Positions 54,840 to 63,382 of a DNA stretch of 64,000 nucleotides are shown here, piece after piece (positions within the stretch are counted from its first letter, which is position 1; each line of letters starts with the position of its first letter). Source of the DNA: an uncultured Gemmatimonadales bacterium (GTDB lineage: Bacteria; Gemmatimonadota; Gemmatimonadetes; Gemmatimonadales; Gemmatimonadaceae); NCBI GenBank assembly GCA_963850905.1, contig CAWKMU010000003.1:1344001-1408000 (forward strand), written 5' to 3'. The notes under the pieces are model-generated. The model searched no databases. It had not been told where the DNA came from and worked only from the letters and a program-made list of their open reading frames with translations. A program made the translations under genes and the position numbers.

Positions 54840-54961
54840 AAGAGCGGGTTTGGGGTCTGGGGTCTGGGGTAACAGCAGCGCTGTGCGCCAATCTCGGTTC
54901 CCCGCGAGTTGATCTCGGTGTTGTGTCGTTACCCCAAACCCCGAACCCCAAACCCGCCGTT
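54840..54961. repeat. Heptamer-armed palindromic element
   Basis: AAGAGCGGGTTTGGGGTCTGGGGTCTGGGGTAAC ... GTTACCCCAAACCCCGAACCCCAAACCCGCCGTT; termini match the element at 19618. Confidence 0.8.
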
Positions 54962-54991
54962 TCACCACACCTGGCCCTTTATCTTTCGGCT

Positions 54992-57472
54992 ATGTCCGCA
55001 CCTGCGTCTCCCAAGGAACCGCACGCCGTGCCGCCGACGCCCGAGGCGTACGACCCCGCTACGGTCGAGCGCACGTGGCAGGAGCGGTGGCGTGCCATCG
55101 GCACGAACGCAACCGACGTCAGCAGCGGCGAGCGGCCATTCTACGCGCTCATGATGTTCCCGTACCCGTCGGCCGAAGGGCTGCACATCGGCAATCTCTT
55201 CGCGTTCACGGGCAACGACATCTTCGCGCGGTTCCAACGTATGCGTGGCCATACAGTGTTCGAGCCGCTGGGATACGATGCGTTCGGGATCCACTCCGAG
55301 AACTACGCGCTCAGGGTTGGCGTGAACCCGAGGGAGTTGATCCCCCGCAACATTGCCAACTTCCGGCGCCAACTGGACCAGGCTGGGCTCATGGTCGATT
55401 GGCGGTTCGCTGTCGATACGACAGACCCGGCGTACTATCACTGGACGCAGTGGGTGTTCCTGCAGCTGTTCGCCCGTGGCCTGGCCTATAAGAAGCGGGC
55501 GGCGGTCAACTGGTGTCCGTTCGACAAGACCGTGCTCGCCAACGAGCAGGTCATCGACGGTGAGTGCGAGCGGTGCGGCACCAAGGTGGAGCAGCGCAAT
55601 CTCGAACAGTGGTTTTTCGCGATCTCGCGGTATGCGTCGCGACTGCTCGCGAACCTCGACTGGTTGGACTGGTCGGAGATAACGAAGACGCAGCAACGGA
55701 ATTGGATCGGACGGTCGGAGGGTGCGGAATTGACGTTCGTGGCGCAACCGACCGATGGCACGCCCGAGCCGGTGTCGCTCACGGTCTTCACGACGCGAGC
55801 GGACACGATCTTCGGCGCGACCTACCTCGTGCTTGCGCCCGAACACCCGGCCGTCGATCGGCTGACGACCGACGCCCAACGCGTGCTGGTCGAATCCTAT
55901 CGTCAAGCGGCTGCGAGCCAGGACCTCGTGAGCCGTCGGATCGGCAGTCGCGACAAGACGGGCGTCTTCACGGGCTCCCATGCCACGAACCCCGCGAATG
56001 GCGCGCTGATCCCCATTTGGGTGGCCGATTACGTCCTGATGGACTATGGCACTGGTGCGGTAATGGCGGTGCCCGGGCATGACGATCGGGACTTCGAGTT
56101 TGCGCATCGATACCATCTGCCCATCGTGCGGGTGGTCGCCGGTCCCGACGAGGACCAGCATGTCGACGCTCCGTTGGCGACCGCGTATACCGGGCCGGGG
56201 CACCTCGTGCGCTCCGGCGACTTCGACGGACTCGACGTCGACGAAGGTGAGCGACGGGTCGTCGCGTGGCTCGAGATGCGGGGCGCCGCCCGAGCGGTCG
56301 AAAACTTCCGGCTGCACGACTGGTGCATTTCGCGCCAGCGGTACTGGGGTCCGCCGATCCCGATCATCTACTGTGATCGGTGCGGCACGGTGCCGGTACC
56401 GGAGCGGGACTTGCCGGTGCTGCTCCCAGATATCGCAGACTTCCGTCCGGATGATTCGGGCGTCTCGCCCCTGGCTCGACACGAGGAGTGGTATCGCGTG
56501 CCGTGCCCCCAATGCGGCGGGGAAGGACGCCGCGAGACCGACGTGTCCGACACTTTCCTCGACAGCGGCTGGTACTTCCTGCGTTACCCGAGCGTCGGGC
56601 ACAACGACGAGCCGTTCGACCCGACCCTTACAAGTCGGTGGCTCCCGGTCAACTCGTACATCGGCGGCAACGAGCACGCGGTGCTGCACCTGCTCTACGC
56701 GCGCTTCATCACCATGGTGTTGCACGACGCTGGGTTGCTGGCGTTCGAGGAGCCGTTCACGCGCTTTCGCGCACACGGCCTCCTCATCCGAGAAGGCGCC
56801 AAGATGTCGAAGAGCCGTGGCAACGTCGTCAATCCCGATCAGTACATAGCGGAGTGGGGTGCAGACACGCTCCGCACGTATCTCATGTTCCTTGGGCCCT
56901 TCGAACAGGGCGGTGATTTTCAGGACAAAGGCATCGCTGGGGCGCGCCGTTTCCTGGACCGCCTGTGGGCATCGGCCACTCAGAGCCGGCTGACAGGTGC
57001 GCCTGATCCCCGCGTGATGCGGGTCCTGCACCAAACGGTGCGAAAGGTCACGGGCGATATCTCACGACTCTCGTACAACACGGCGATTGCGGCGATGATG
57101 GCGTATATGAACGACCTGCGCTCCGGCGAGCGTGAGCCTCACCGCGCGGAGGTCGAGCCGCTCGTGCAGCTCGCCGCGCCCTTCGCGCCACATTTGGCCG
57201 AGGAACTGTGGCACCGGCTGGGCCACGAGCGGAGCATCTTCGACAGTGGGTGGCCGGAATTCGATGCGGTCCTGGCCGCGGACGAGACCGTCACGATCGT
57301 CGTGCAGGTCAACGGCAAGCGGCGCGGCGCCGTCACGGTCCCGGTCGACACAACCGAGGAGCAGGTTCTCGCGGCTGCCTTGGCCGACCCGGCCATCACG
57401 AAGCACGCGACGGGCACCGCCGCGAAGGTCGTGTATGTAAAGGGGCGGCTGATAAATATCGTAACGGCTTAG
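54992..57472 (+). CDS. leuS: Leucine--tRNA ligase
   Basis: MFPYPS..GLHIGN, GYDAFG, LANEQV, NWIGRSEG, VFTTRAD, DWCISRQRYWG, GGNEHAVLHLLYARF, KMSKS, VQVNGK. Confidence 0.97.
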   Translation: MSAPASPKEPHAVPPTPEAYDPATVERTWQERWRAIGTNATDVSSGERPFYALMMFPYPSAEGLHIGNLFAFTGNDIFARFQRMRGHTVFEPLGYDAFGIHSENYALRVGVNPRELIPRNIANFRRQLDQAGLMVDWRFAVDTTDPAYYHWTQWVFLQLFARGLAYKKRAAVNWCPFDKTVLANEQVIDGECERCGTKVEQRNLEQWFFAISRYASRLLANLDWLDWSEITKTQQRNWIGRSEGAELTFVAQPTDGTPEPVSLTVFTTRADTIFGATYLVLAPEHPAVDRLTTDAQRVLVESYRQAAASQDLVSRRIGSRDKTGVFTGSHATNPANGALIPIWVADYVLMDYGTGAVMAVPGHDDRDFEFAHRYHLPIVRVVAGPDEDQHVDAPLATAYTGPGHLVRSGDFDGLDVDEGERRVVAWLEMRGAARAVENFRLHDWCISRQRYWGPPIPIIYCDRCGTVPVPERDLPVLLPDIADFRPDDSGVSPLARHEEWYRVPCPQCGGEGRRETDVSDTFLDSGWYFLRYPSVGHNDEPFDPTLTSRWLPVNSYIGGNEHAVLHLLYARFITMVLHDAGLLAFEEPFTRFRAHGLLIREGAKMSKSRGNVVNPDQYIAEWGADTLRTYLMFLGPFEQGGDFQDKGIAGARRFLDRLWASATQSRLTGAPDPRVMRVLHQTVRKVTGDISRLSYNTAIAAMMAYMNDLRSGEREPHRAEVEPLVQLAAPFAPHLAEELWHRLGHERSIFDSGWPEFDAVLAADETVTIVVQVNGKRRGAVTVPVDTTEEQVLAAALADPAITKHATGTAAKVVYVKGRLINIVTA

Positions 57473-57579
57473 ACGCTGCACGTTAGACGTTGGAAAACAA
57501 ATCTCGAGGCCAGCTACGGTGCGCCCAACTGGCCTCGAAGTTTGTTCCAACGTCCAGCGTCTAACGTCTAGCGTCCAGC
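57470..57579. repeat. Long imperfect palindrome with TAGACGT-type heptamer arms and a terminator-like core
   Basis: TAGACGCTGCACGTTAGACGTTGGAA ... TTCCAACGTCCAGCGTCTAACGTCTA around TCGAGGCCAG...CTGGCCTCGA; lies between convergent leuS and csbD. Confidence 0.8.
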
Positions 57580-57582
57580 CCC

Positions 57583-57816
57583 TCAGTCCAACCTGTCGTC
57601 TTCGTCCTCGTCCCGAGGCTCCGACCGACCCAGCTCCCGTTGAGCTCGTCCGACGTCTTTCTGCGCCTTTCCTTCCAGCTTTTGGCCTTTCCCTTTCAGG
57701 TGTTCCGCGACATTGCCTTTCAAATCAGCAGCGGCGTCACGAACGCGGCCAGCGGCTTCCTTGGCGGCGCCCGCGACCTCGTTCTTCAGGCCTTTGCGAG
57801 TTTGCTCATCCATCAT
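57583..57816 (-). CDS. csbD: CsbD family stress protein
   Basis: G.AKEAAG...LKGKGQKLEGKAQKDVG motif; RBS AGGAGG. Confidence 0.8.
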   Translation of the reverse strand: MMDEQTRKGLKNEVAGAAKEAAGRVRDAAADLKGNVAEHLKGKGQKLEGKAQKDVGRAQRELGRSEPRDEDEDDRLD

Positions 57817-57847
57817 CGCCTCCTGTGGAAGGATCGCCGAGAGGACC

Positions 57848-57862
57848 GCAAGCCCCGAGCCA
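57848..57862 (-). promoter_or_regulatory. Sigma54 -24/-12 promoter for csbD
   Basis: TGGCTCGGGGCTTGC, one mismatch to TGGCACG-N4-TTGC, about 30 nt upstream of the ATG. Confidence 0.7.
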
Positions 57863-58112
57863 GGGAACACTCCCGCGCCCAGCCGGTACAATGCGTATCT
57901 CGTGGTACCACGGGTGGTTGCGCGCCTGCGGGGTAGCAGGGGAGCGTATGTGGTCGCTGAGCGTTGCAGGTCGGAGACGGCGGTGTTGCCGACGCCTCTC
58001 GCTCGATCCGCACCCCGTTCGCCTAGCTCGTGCTGGATCCCTGGTTGGGGTTGCTGACCCCCAGCCGGTCACCCTTGTCACCGACGTTCCAATTGACTGT
58101 GGTTCGTAGAGG

Positions 58113-60161
58113 ATGAAAGTTTTCGGCATTCGCTACGTTGAGCACTGCCGCATGCACCTCCGGGCGTTCTCCGCTCCGTGTCGCTTCGCGATCTTCAGCG
58201 CGTTGGCGACCGTCGTGCGTATTGCTGGTGCTCAGGCGCCGCACATCACGCCCAGCGGCGACCCGTCAGTGCGCAACGACACGATCTACTCGCTAGCGGT
58301 CCGGCCACAGGATTATCCCGATCAACCGTTCGTCTACCTCCTGGAAGATGGAGTGGTCCGGTTCGAGGAGGATGGCCGGTCGCGAAAGACCTACCGGCAG
58401 GTCGTCCAAATCCTGTCGCCGCAGGCCGCCGAGCAGTTCGGAGATCGGGCGTTCGCATACACGACCGGACGCCAGCGGCTGACGGTCAACTGGATCCGCG
58501 TCTTGCGGACTGACGGCACAGTCATCAGTGACAAGCCGTCGCACTCCCAGGAATCGATCGCGCCCGTGGCCCAGGATGCGCCGGTCTATTCCGACACGCG
58601 CGTGCGCCAGTTCACGCTGAGCGGCGTTGCGGCAAACACCATCGTCGATTTCAGCTACACCATCGAGGACACCAAGCCCGTCGTCCCGGGAGATTTCTGG
58701 GCGCAGTGGGCCATGGGGACGGGACCTGTGACCCGCCGCTCCCGATTCATTGTCGATGTGCCGGCGTCCCTCACGCCGCGCATTCAAGAACGGAACGTTC
58801 ACTTCGCGCGCCTCGTGACGCAGACCAAAGGTCGCCGTGTGTACGTGTGGGCGGCATCTGACATCCCGCGAGCATCGCCCGAGCCGTTCGCGCCGGATAC
58901 GAGCGCCCTGTATCCGCAGATCTCCGTCGCAGCGCCGATCACGTGGCAGGGCATCGCGAGTTGGTACGCCGGGCTCACGCGCAAGCGCTACAAGTTGACG
59001 CCCGCGCTCATTCAACAACTCTCCACAGTTGTCTCTGGCAGCACGACGCTGGACGACTCGCTCCAAGCGGTCTACCGGTGGGTCGCGCAGGACTTCCGGT
59101 ATGTCTCACTGTCGCTCGGCGAAATCGGCGGGTACATGCCCCGAATGCCAATGTCCGTATGGGAAACGCGATACGGCGACTGCAAGGATAAGGCGACGCT
59201 CTTCATCGCGCTGGTCCGCAAAATGGGTGTTGCGGCATATCCCGTATTGCTGAATGCGACTGGTGGCATCAATCGGTCGATGCCGTCGGCGCTCCAACTC
59301 GATCACATGATCGCGGCGGTCGTGCGCAAGGATGTGCCCAACGACGCGCCGAATCGCTTCACGTTCCTGGATCTCACCTCGGATTTGACGCCCTACGGGT
59401 CGCTGCCGCCGCCCGAGCAGGGCGAGTTCGCGCTGGTTGTGTACCCGGACGGCAGCGGCGAAGAGGTCACACTGCCCGCCGATCCGGTCGCGGTCAACCG
59501 CGCGACGATTCAGATCACCGGCGCGCTCGCTCCAGACATGACCTTCTCGGGTCGCTACGAGGAAGTGGCCTCCGGGAACCGGCAATACACGCTGCGGAGC
59601 GCGTTTGCGACATCGTTTGGCGCGGCCGATCGAGACCGCATGGCGCGGGCAATCGCGAACACGGTGTTCGAGGGCGCCTCAGGCGATAGCCTGCAGTCGT
59701 TCAACGGGCGTGATCTGGGGGCCAAGCCAATGGTCGCGCTGACCATCAAGGACGCGCGCCCAGTGTCGAATGCGGGCGGCACGAGGATCCTGACGCTGCC
59801 AGTTCGGACCTATGCTCGCCCGGACATCCTCACCGAGTTGCAGGGCCGCGGGGTCCGACGGTCCCCGATTGATGCGGAGTCGGTGCTTGGACCGTATGAG
59901 GAATCGTCAGAGTTCAGGCTCACGCTGCCGCCCGGTTGGCAGGCGCGCTTGCCACCCGATATTGACGCGGCGAGTGTCTTCGGGCACTACCGAGCGCACT
60001 ACGCTCAAGTCGGTCGAGAGCTGACGGTCGAGCGAAGCATTGTCGGCGCGACGGGAGTGCAGCCCCCGGAACGCATCAATCAACTGATCGCCTGGCTCCG
60101 TGCGATCGGCCAGGACGATATCCGGTTCATCGCGTTGGAGCCGGACGGTGGCGTGGACTGA
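58113..60161 (+). CDS. DUF3857 + transglutaminase-like domain exported protein
   Basis: Signal-like N-terminus; RYVSLSLG, YGDCKDKA (catalytic Cys), DHMIAAV, FLDLT. Confidence 0.85.
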   Translation: MKVFGIRYVEHCRMHLRAFSAPCRFAIFSALATVVRIAGAQAPHITPSGDPSVRNDTIYSLAVRPQDYPDQPFVYLLEDGVVRFEEDGRSRKTYRQVVQILSPQAAEQFGDRAFAYTTGRQRLTVNWIRVLRTDGTVISDKPSHSQESIAPVAQDAPVYSDTRVRQFTLSGVAANTIVDFSYTIEDTKPVVPGDFWAQWAMGTGPVTRRSRFIVDVPASLTPRIQERNVHFARLVTQTKGRRVYVWAASDIPRASPEPFAPDTSALYPQISVAAPITWQGIASWYAGLTRKRYKLTPALIQQLSTVVSGSTTLDDSLQAVYRWVAQDFRYVSLSLGEIGGYMPRMPMSVWETRYGDCKDKATLFIALVRKMGVAAYPVLLNATGGINRSMPSALQLDHMIAAVVRKDVPNDAPNRFTFLDLTSDLTPYGSLPPPEQGEFALVVYPDGSGEEVTLPADPVAVNRATIQITGALAPDMTFSGRYEEVASGNRQYTLRSAFATSFGAADRDRMARAIANTVFEGASGDSLQSFNGRDLGAKPMVALTIKDARPVSNAGGTRILTLPVRTYARPDILTELQGRGVRRSPIDAESVLGPYEESSEFRLTLPPGWQARLPPDIDAASVFGHYRAHYAQVGRELTVERSIVGATGVQPPERINQLIAWLRAIGQDDIRFIALEPDGGVD

Positions 60162-60180
60162 GAGACTAGCGTCTAGCCCC

Positions 60181-61062
60181 TCACATCCTCACCACCATGC
60201 CCTGGTCGGATGCGGGCGGAGCGACCGCGCGGATCCGCATGGTGCGGCGAGGGGCGTCGATCAGCGGCGCTGGTGGTGTCGCGGGCGAATCCGGGGACAC
60301 GATCGCTGGCGGTGTGGCGGGCGAACCGGGGGTCACTATCGCGGGTGGGACGGGTGCCACAGAGGGTACCGGCGGTACTGGCGGCACCTCGATCCGGTAG
60401 CTGCCTGGGCCGAGTTCGTACGGACGCGCGCCGATTGGCCCGTCGCCTTCGGTCGGGTCGAACACCCGGAAGCTACGGACGAGCTCGTTGCCGAGCCCGC
60501 TGAGCTCCTCCTTCAATCCGTCCAGGCGCACGATGGTATTGCCGCCAGTCCAGTCGTGGTCGAAACCAAAGAGGCCGTCGTCCTTGAAGGCCTCTGAGGC
60601 CTTGGCGGTCGTCACCTTCACCGTACGAGCCTTGCCGTCGGAGTAGACCAGGAGCTCGACGGGATCCCCCGGCTTGAGCTTCGCGAGCACACGGATCAGG
60701 CGCCGCGCCATGAGCCCGCGCATCTCGCGATCGCCGGCGTCCGCGGCTGAGAGCCGTAGATCCGTTTCGTTCACCTTTTGCAGCCGATCGCCCTCCTCGA
60801 TCTTCGCTTTGTCAGCCGGGCCGTCGGTCACGACATCCGTGACCAACAGACCGAGAGTATCGCGTATCCCGCCCGATGTGGTCGTGATGCCAATCGCGGC
60901 ACGATTGCCCCCGTCCATTCGCAGGGAGAAGGCGCGCACTGGCCGAGACGACCAGTCCGGACACTCATTGCGGCGACCTTGGCCGTCTGAGCCTTGGTCT
61001 TGCGCATGAGCGGGCACCGTAACCACCGCTCCAGCGCACAGGAGCAGAAGGGGAAGTCGCAT
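60181..61062 (-). CDS. Exported PDZ domain protein with Pro-rich tail
   Basis: Signal peptide ending AHA; AIGI, VTDVVTDGPADKAKIEEGDRL PDZ motif; PPAIV.P.SPAT repeated twice. Confidence 0.8.
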   Translation of the reverse strand: MRLPLLLLCAGAVVTVPAHAQDQGSDGQGRRNECPDWSSRPVRAFSLRMDGGNRAAIGITTTSGGIRDTLGLLVTDVVTDGPADKAKIEEGDRLQKVNETDLRLSAADAGDREMRGLMARRLIRVLAKLKPGDPVELLVYSDGKARTVKVTTAKASEAFKDDGLFGFDHDWTGGNTIVRLDGLKEELSGLGNELVRSFRVFDPTEGDGPIGARPYELGPGSYRIEVPPVPPVPSVAPVPPAIVTPGSPATPPAIVSPDSPATPPAPLIDAPRRTMRIRAVAPPASDQGMVVRM

Positions 61063-61147
61063 CGTGAGCCTCCAAAGGGGGATCAGACCGGCCCGTACAT
61101 GTTGATGTGACACCGGGGCGGGGTTGGCTGGTTGCTGGAGCCAGGAG

Positions 61148-61188
61148 GCTGGGACTCGGGGTTCGGGACGAGTCCCGAGTCCCAGCCT
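61148..61188. repeat. Short heptamer palindrome (GGGACTC/GAGTCCC type)
   Basis: GGCTGGGACTCGGGGTTCGGGACGAGTCCCGAGTCCCAGCC between divergent genes. Confidence 0.6.
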
Positions 61189-61202
61189 CTTAGATTCCCC
61201 TC

Positions 61203-62351
61203 ATGCCCGACACTCTGCAGGCGCCGCCGGGGCCTGGGCCGGCGCCGGACTTCGAGGCGTTTTCCCACCATTGGCAAGACGAGGCGGACGCCGCGTTCCT
61301 GTATCGCGTGCTTGCGGCCGCTGAGGGGGACGCACACAAACGCGATGTCTACGCGCGACTCGCCGAGGTCGAGGACCGGCACGTCCAGATCTGGGCGAAG
61401 CTCCTGACCGACCACGGGCACGCCGTAGCGCGGCACCGACCCAGTACGCGCGCTCGGATACTCGCGAGGCTGGGACGGGTTCTCGGGCCGGGATTCTTGC
61501 TGCCCATGCTATTGTCCGAGGAAGGGCGGGAGGTCAAGGCCTACCTGGACATGCACCGCGCCACTGATCGCGACGTGGCGGGGAGCGGTGAGGCGTTGTT
61601 GCTCGCGCGCGAGAGCGCGGAACACGCAACGACACTCGCCGGGCTGTCTGGCGCTGGGGGTGAGCCGTGGCACCGCGCCGAATCGGGCGGCTTCCTGCGG
61701 AACGTCGTGTATGGTTTCAACGACGGCCTGACGGCGAACTTCGGCTTGGTTGCCGGCGTCATCGGTGCGTCCGCTACCACACAATACCGCGCAGTCGTCG
61801 TCGCTGGCGTCGCGGGGCTCATCGCCGATGCGTTGTCGATGGGCTCCAGTGGCTACTTAGCCGCCAAGAGCGAGCAGGAGGTGTACGCGCACGAAATCCA
61901 GATGGAGCGCGACGAGATCGCACTCATGCCGGAGGTCGAGCGCGACGAGTTGGCGCTGGTATACGAAGCCAAGGGGATGGAACGCGAGGCCGCGCATCAG
62001 CTGGCGACACAGGTGATGGCTGATCCCAAGCGCATGCTAGCTGAGCAGGTGCAAGAGGAGCTCAAGATCGGCGCTCCCGCCATGTCGCCGCTCCGCGAGG
62101 GGTGGGTCACGGGCCTCGCCACTGCGTGCGGCGCGATCATCCCCGTTTTCCCCTTCTTTTTCTGGAGCGGTGCGGTGGCCATCGTGGTCTCGTTCACGCT
62201 GGCCATGGCATCCCACTTCGTCGTCGGCGCGGCGCGCTCCATCTTCACCGGCCGTGGCAGCATTCGATCGGGAGTCGACATGTTCGTCGTAGGCCTCGGC
62301 GTCGCTGCCGTGGGGTATTTTGTGGGCGGCTGGGTAGCGCGGGCGCTGTAA
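61203..62351 (+). CDS. Ferritin/rubrerythrin-like + VIT1/CCC1 iron transporter fusion
   Basis: N-terminal E..A..Y / EDRH / ESAEH diiron-type motifs; C-terminal LRNVVYGFNDGL, ALSMGSSGYL, SPL, IPVFPF. Confidence 0.88.
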   Translation: MPDTLQAPPGPGPAPDFEAFSHHWQDEADAAFLYRVLAAAEGDAHKRDVYARLAEVEDRHVQIWAKLLTDHGHAVARHRPSTRARILARLGRVLGPGFLLPMLLSEEGREVKAYLDMHRATDRDVAGSGEALLLARESAEHATTLAGLSGAGGEPWHRAESGGFLRNVVYGFNDGLTANFGLVAGVIGASATTQYRAVVVAGVAGLIADALSMGSSGYLAAKSEQEVYAHEIQMERDEIALMPEVERDELALVYEAKGMEREAAHQLATQVMADPKRMLAEQVQEELKIGAPAMSPLREGWVTGLATACGAIIPVFPFFFWSGAVAIVVSFTLAMASHFVVGAARSIFTGRGSIRSGVDMFVVGLGVAAVGYFVGGWVARAL

Positions 62352-62597
62352 GGCCGGGTGACGGGTCAGGGGTCAGGGAACTGCAACGACAACCGCCGCG
62401 ACAATGGCAACAGCGGGCGGGCTAAAGCCCGCCCCTACATGTTGCTGCGGACGGCGGGGTCAAAGATTCGTCGACCTGCGCACGCGAATGCGGGCATGCC
62501 ATCCGGATCACGTGCGCTCGACGCCGACATGTAGGGGCGGCCTTCAGGCCGCCCATGTTGTTTGTGGCGCTTGTCGTTGGCAGTTCCCCGACCCCGC
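62350..62597 (+). repeat. REP doublet (REPIN-like), type B copy 3, with heptamer arms
   Basis: AAGGCCGGGTGACGGGTCAGGGGTCAGGGAACTGCAACG arm; REPs at 62415-62438 and 62531-62554 (92-nt spacer); right arm GCAGTTCCCCGACCCC. Confidence 0.9.
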
Positions 62598-62600
62598 GCT

Positions 62601-62978
62601 CTACTCTTTGTTCTGCGCCTTGGTCTCGACCAGCATGCGGTCGAACATGGCCTGCTGGTTCAGATCGAGACGGGCCTTGATGCGACGATTGGCATCGTCG
62701 TCGATCGAGTCCAATTGCGAGCGCATGGGAAGGACGAGCGCTTGCACAGCGCGGTGTTTCGCGGCCAGGATCGTGTCGACGGCCGCCCGTTCCGCGTCGG
62801 ACAGGTCCAACTCATCGCCGAACCGGTGGATCATCGCCGCTCGATCACCCCACCGCGGGCACACGCGTTCGCGGGTGACGAGCCGGTCGGCGGTGAAGCC
62901 GAAAACGCCCCCAACGAGCGCCGCGCCGAGGAGGAACGCGAGCGCCGAGTTCTTGGTCGCGTCAATGTGATAGGACAT
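62601..62978 (-). CDS. Membrane-anchored periplasmic helical protein (Spy/CpxP-like), ECF-associated
   Basis: TM ALAFLLGAALVGGVFG; ELDLSDAER...IL; LDLNQQAMFD (LTxxQ-like). Confidence 0.65.
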   Translation of the reverse strand: MSYHIDATKNSALAFLLGAALVGGVFGFTADRLVTRERVCPRWGDRAAMIHRFGDELDLSDAERAAVDTILAAKHRAVQALVLPMRSQLDSIDDDANRRIKARLDLNQQAMFDRMLVETKAQNKE

Positions 62979-63372
62979 ATCGCGCACTCGCCTCCCGTTC
63001 GGAGACGTTGATGAACCGCGAGTCGGCAAACACGGGAACGGCGTACTCCCGATCGAGCACGCTCTCGTAAGCTACACGTGCCTCGATGTTACGGCTCGTC
63101 CACGCCGCCACGCCTGCGGCGAGTGCCGCCGCGCACGCTGCGGCCAGCCCCGCTCGAGCCCATGCTCGAAATGCGGCTGGCCAACCACTCGACGACCAAG
63201 CGGGTATCGGCTGCACGCTGGCCATGATGCGCGCCTCGAGCCGATCCCAAAATGCCGGGTCCTGCGGCGCGGCATACACGTCGCGCAGAAGCCGGGACAC
63301 GAGCGCAGATGTCGGGGCCCGCCCGTTCGAGCGGCCGCGCAGATGCCCAGCGAAGTGTATGTGTCGCGACAT
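62962..63372 (-). CDS. Putative membrane anti-sigma factor
   Basis: Directly downstream of an ECF sigma; FWDRLEARIMA motif followed by one TM helix. Confidence 0.6.
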   Translation of the reverse strand: MSRHIHFAGHLRGRSNGRAPTSALVSRLLRDVYAAPQDPAFWDRLEARIMASVQPIPAWSSSGWPAAFRAWARAGLAAACAAALAAGVAAWTSRNIEARVAYESVLDREYAVPVFADSRFINVSEREASARYVLSH

Positions 63373-63382
63373 CAGCGCCTCC

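Noticed and set aside
53654..54991. Apparent ~450-aa N-terminal extension making LeuS 1272 aa
   Set aside because: It is the antisense of the PRTase gene plus a repeat element. LeuS homology starts at the ATG at 54992.
54962..57034. 690-aa minus-strand ORF
   Set aside because: Antisense shadow of leuS.
57863..58112. Possible ncRNA or small ORF in the csbD-transglutaminase gap (hairpin at about 58041-58068)
   Set aside because: A single hairpin with no recognisable RNA family features; the short ORFs lack an RBS and natural composition.
60272..60348. 36-bp imperfect tandem repeat
   Set aside because: Ordinary Pro-rich linker repeat (PPAIV.P.SPAT) inside the PDZ protein.
29447..62554. REP doublets read as mini-CRISPR arrays
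   Set aside because: The repeats are inverted and non-identical, there are only two per locus, spacers are about 92 nt, and there are no cas genes.
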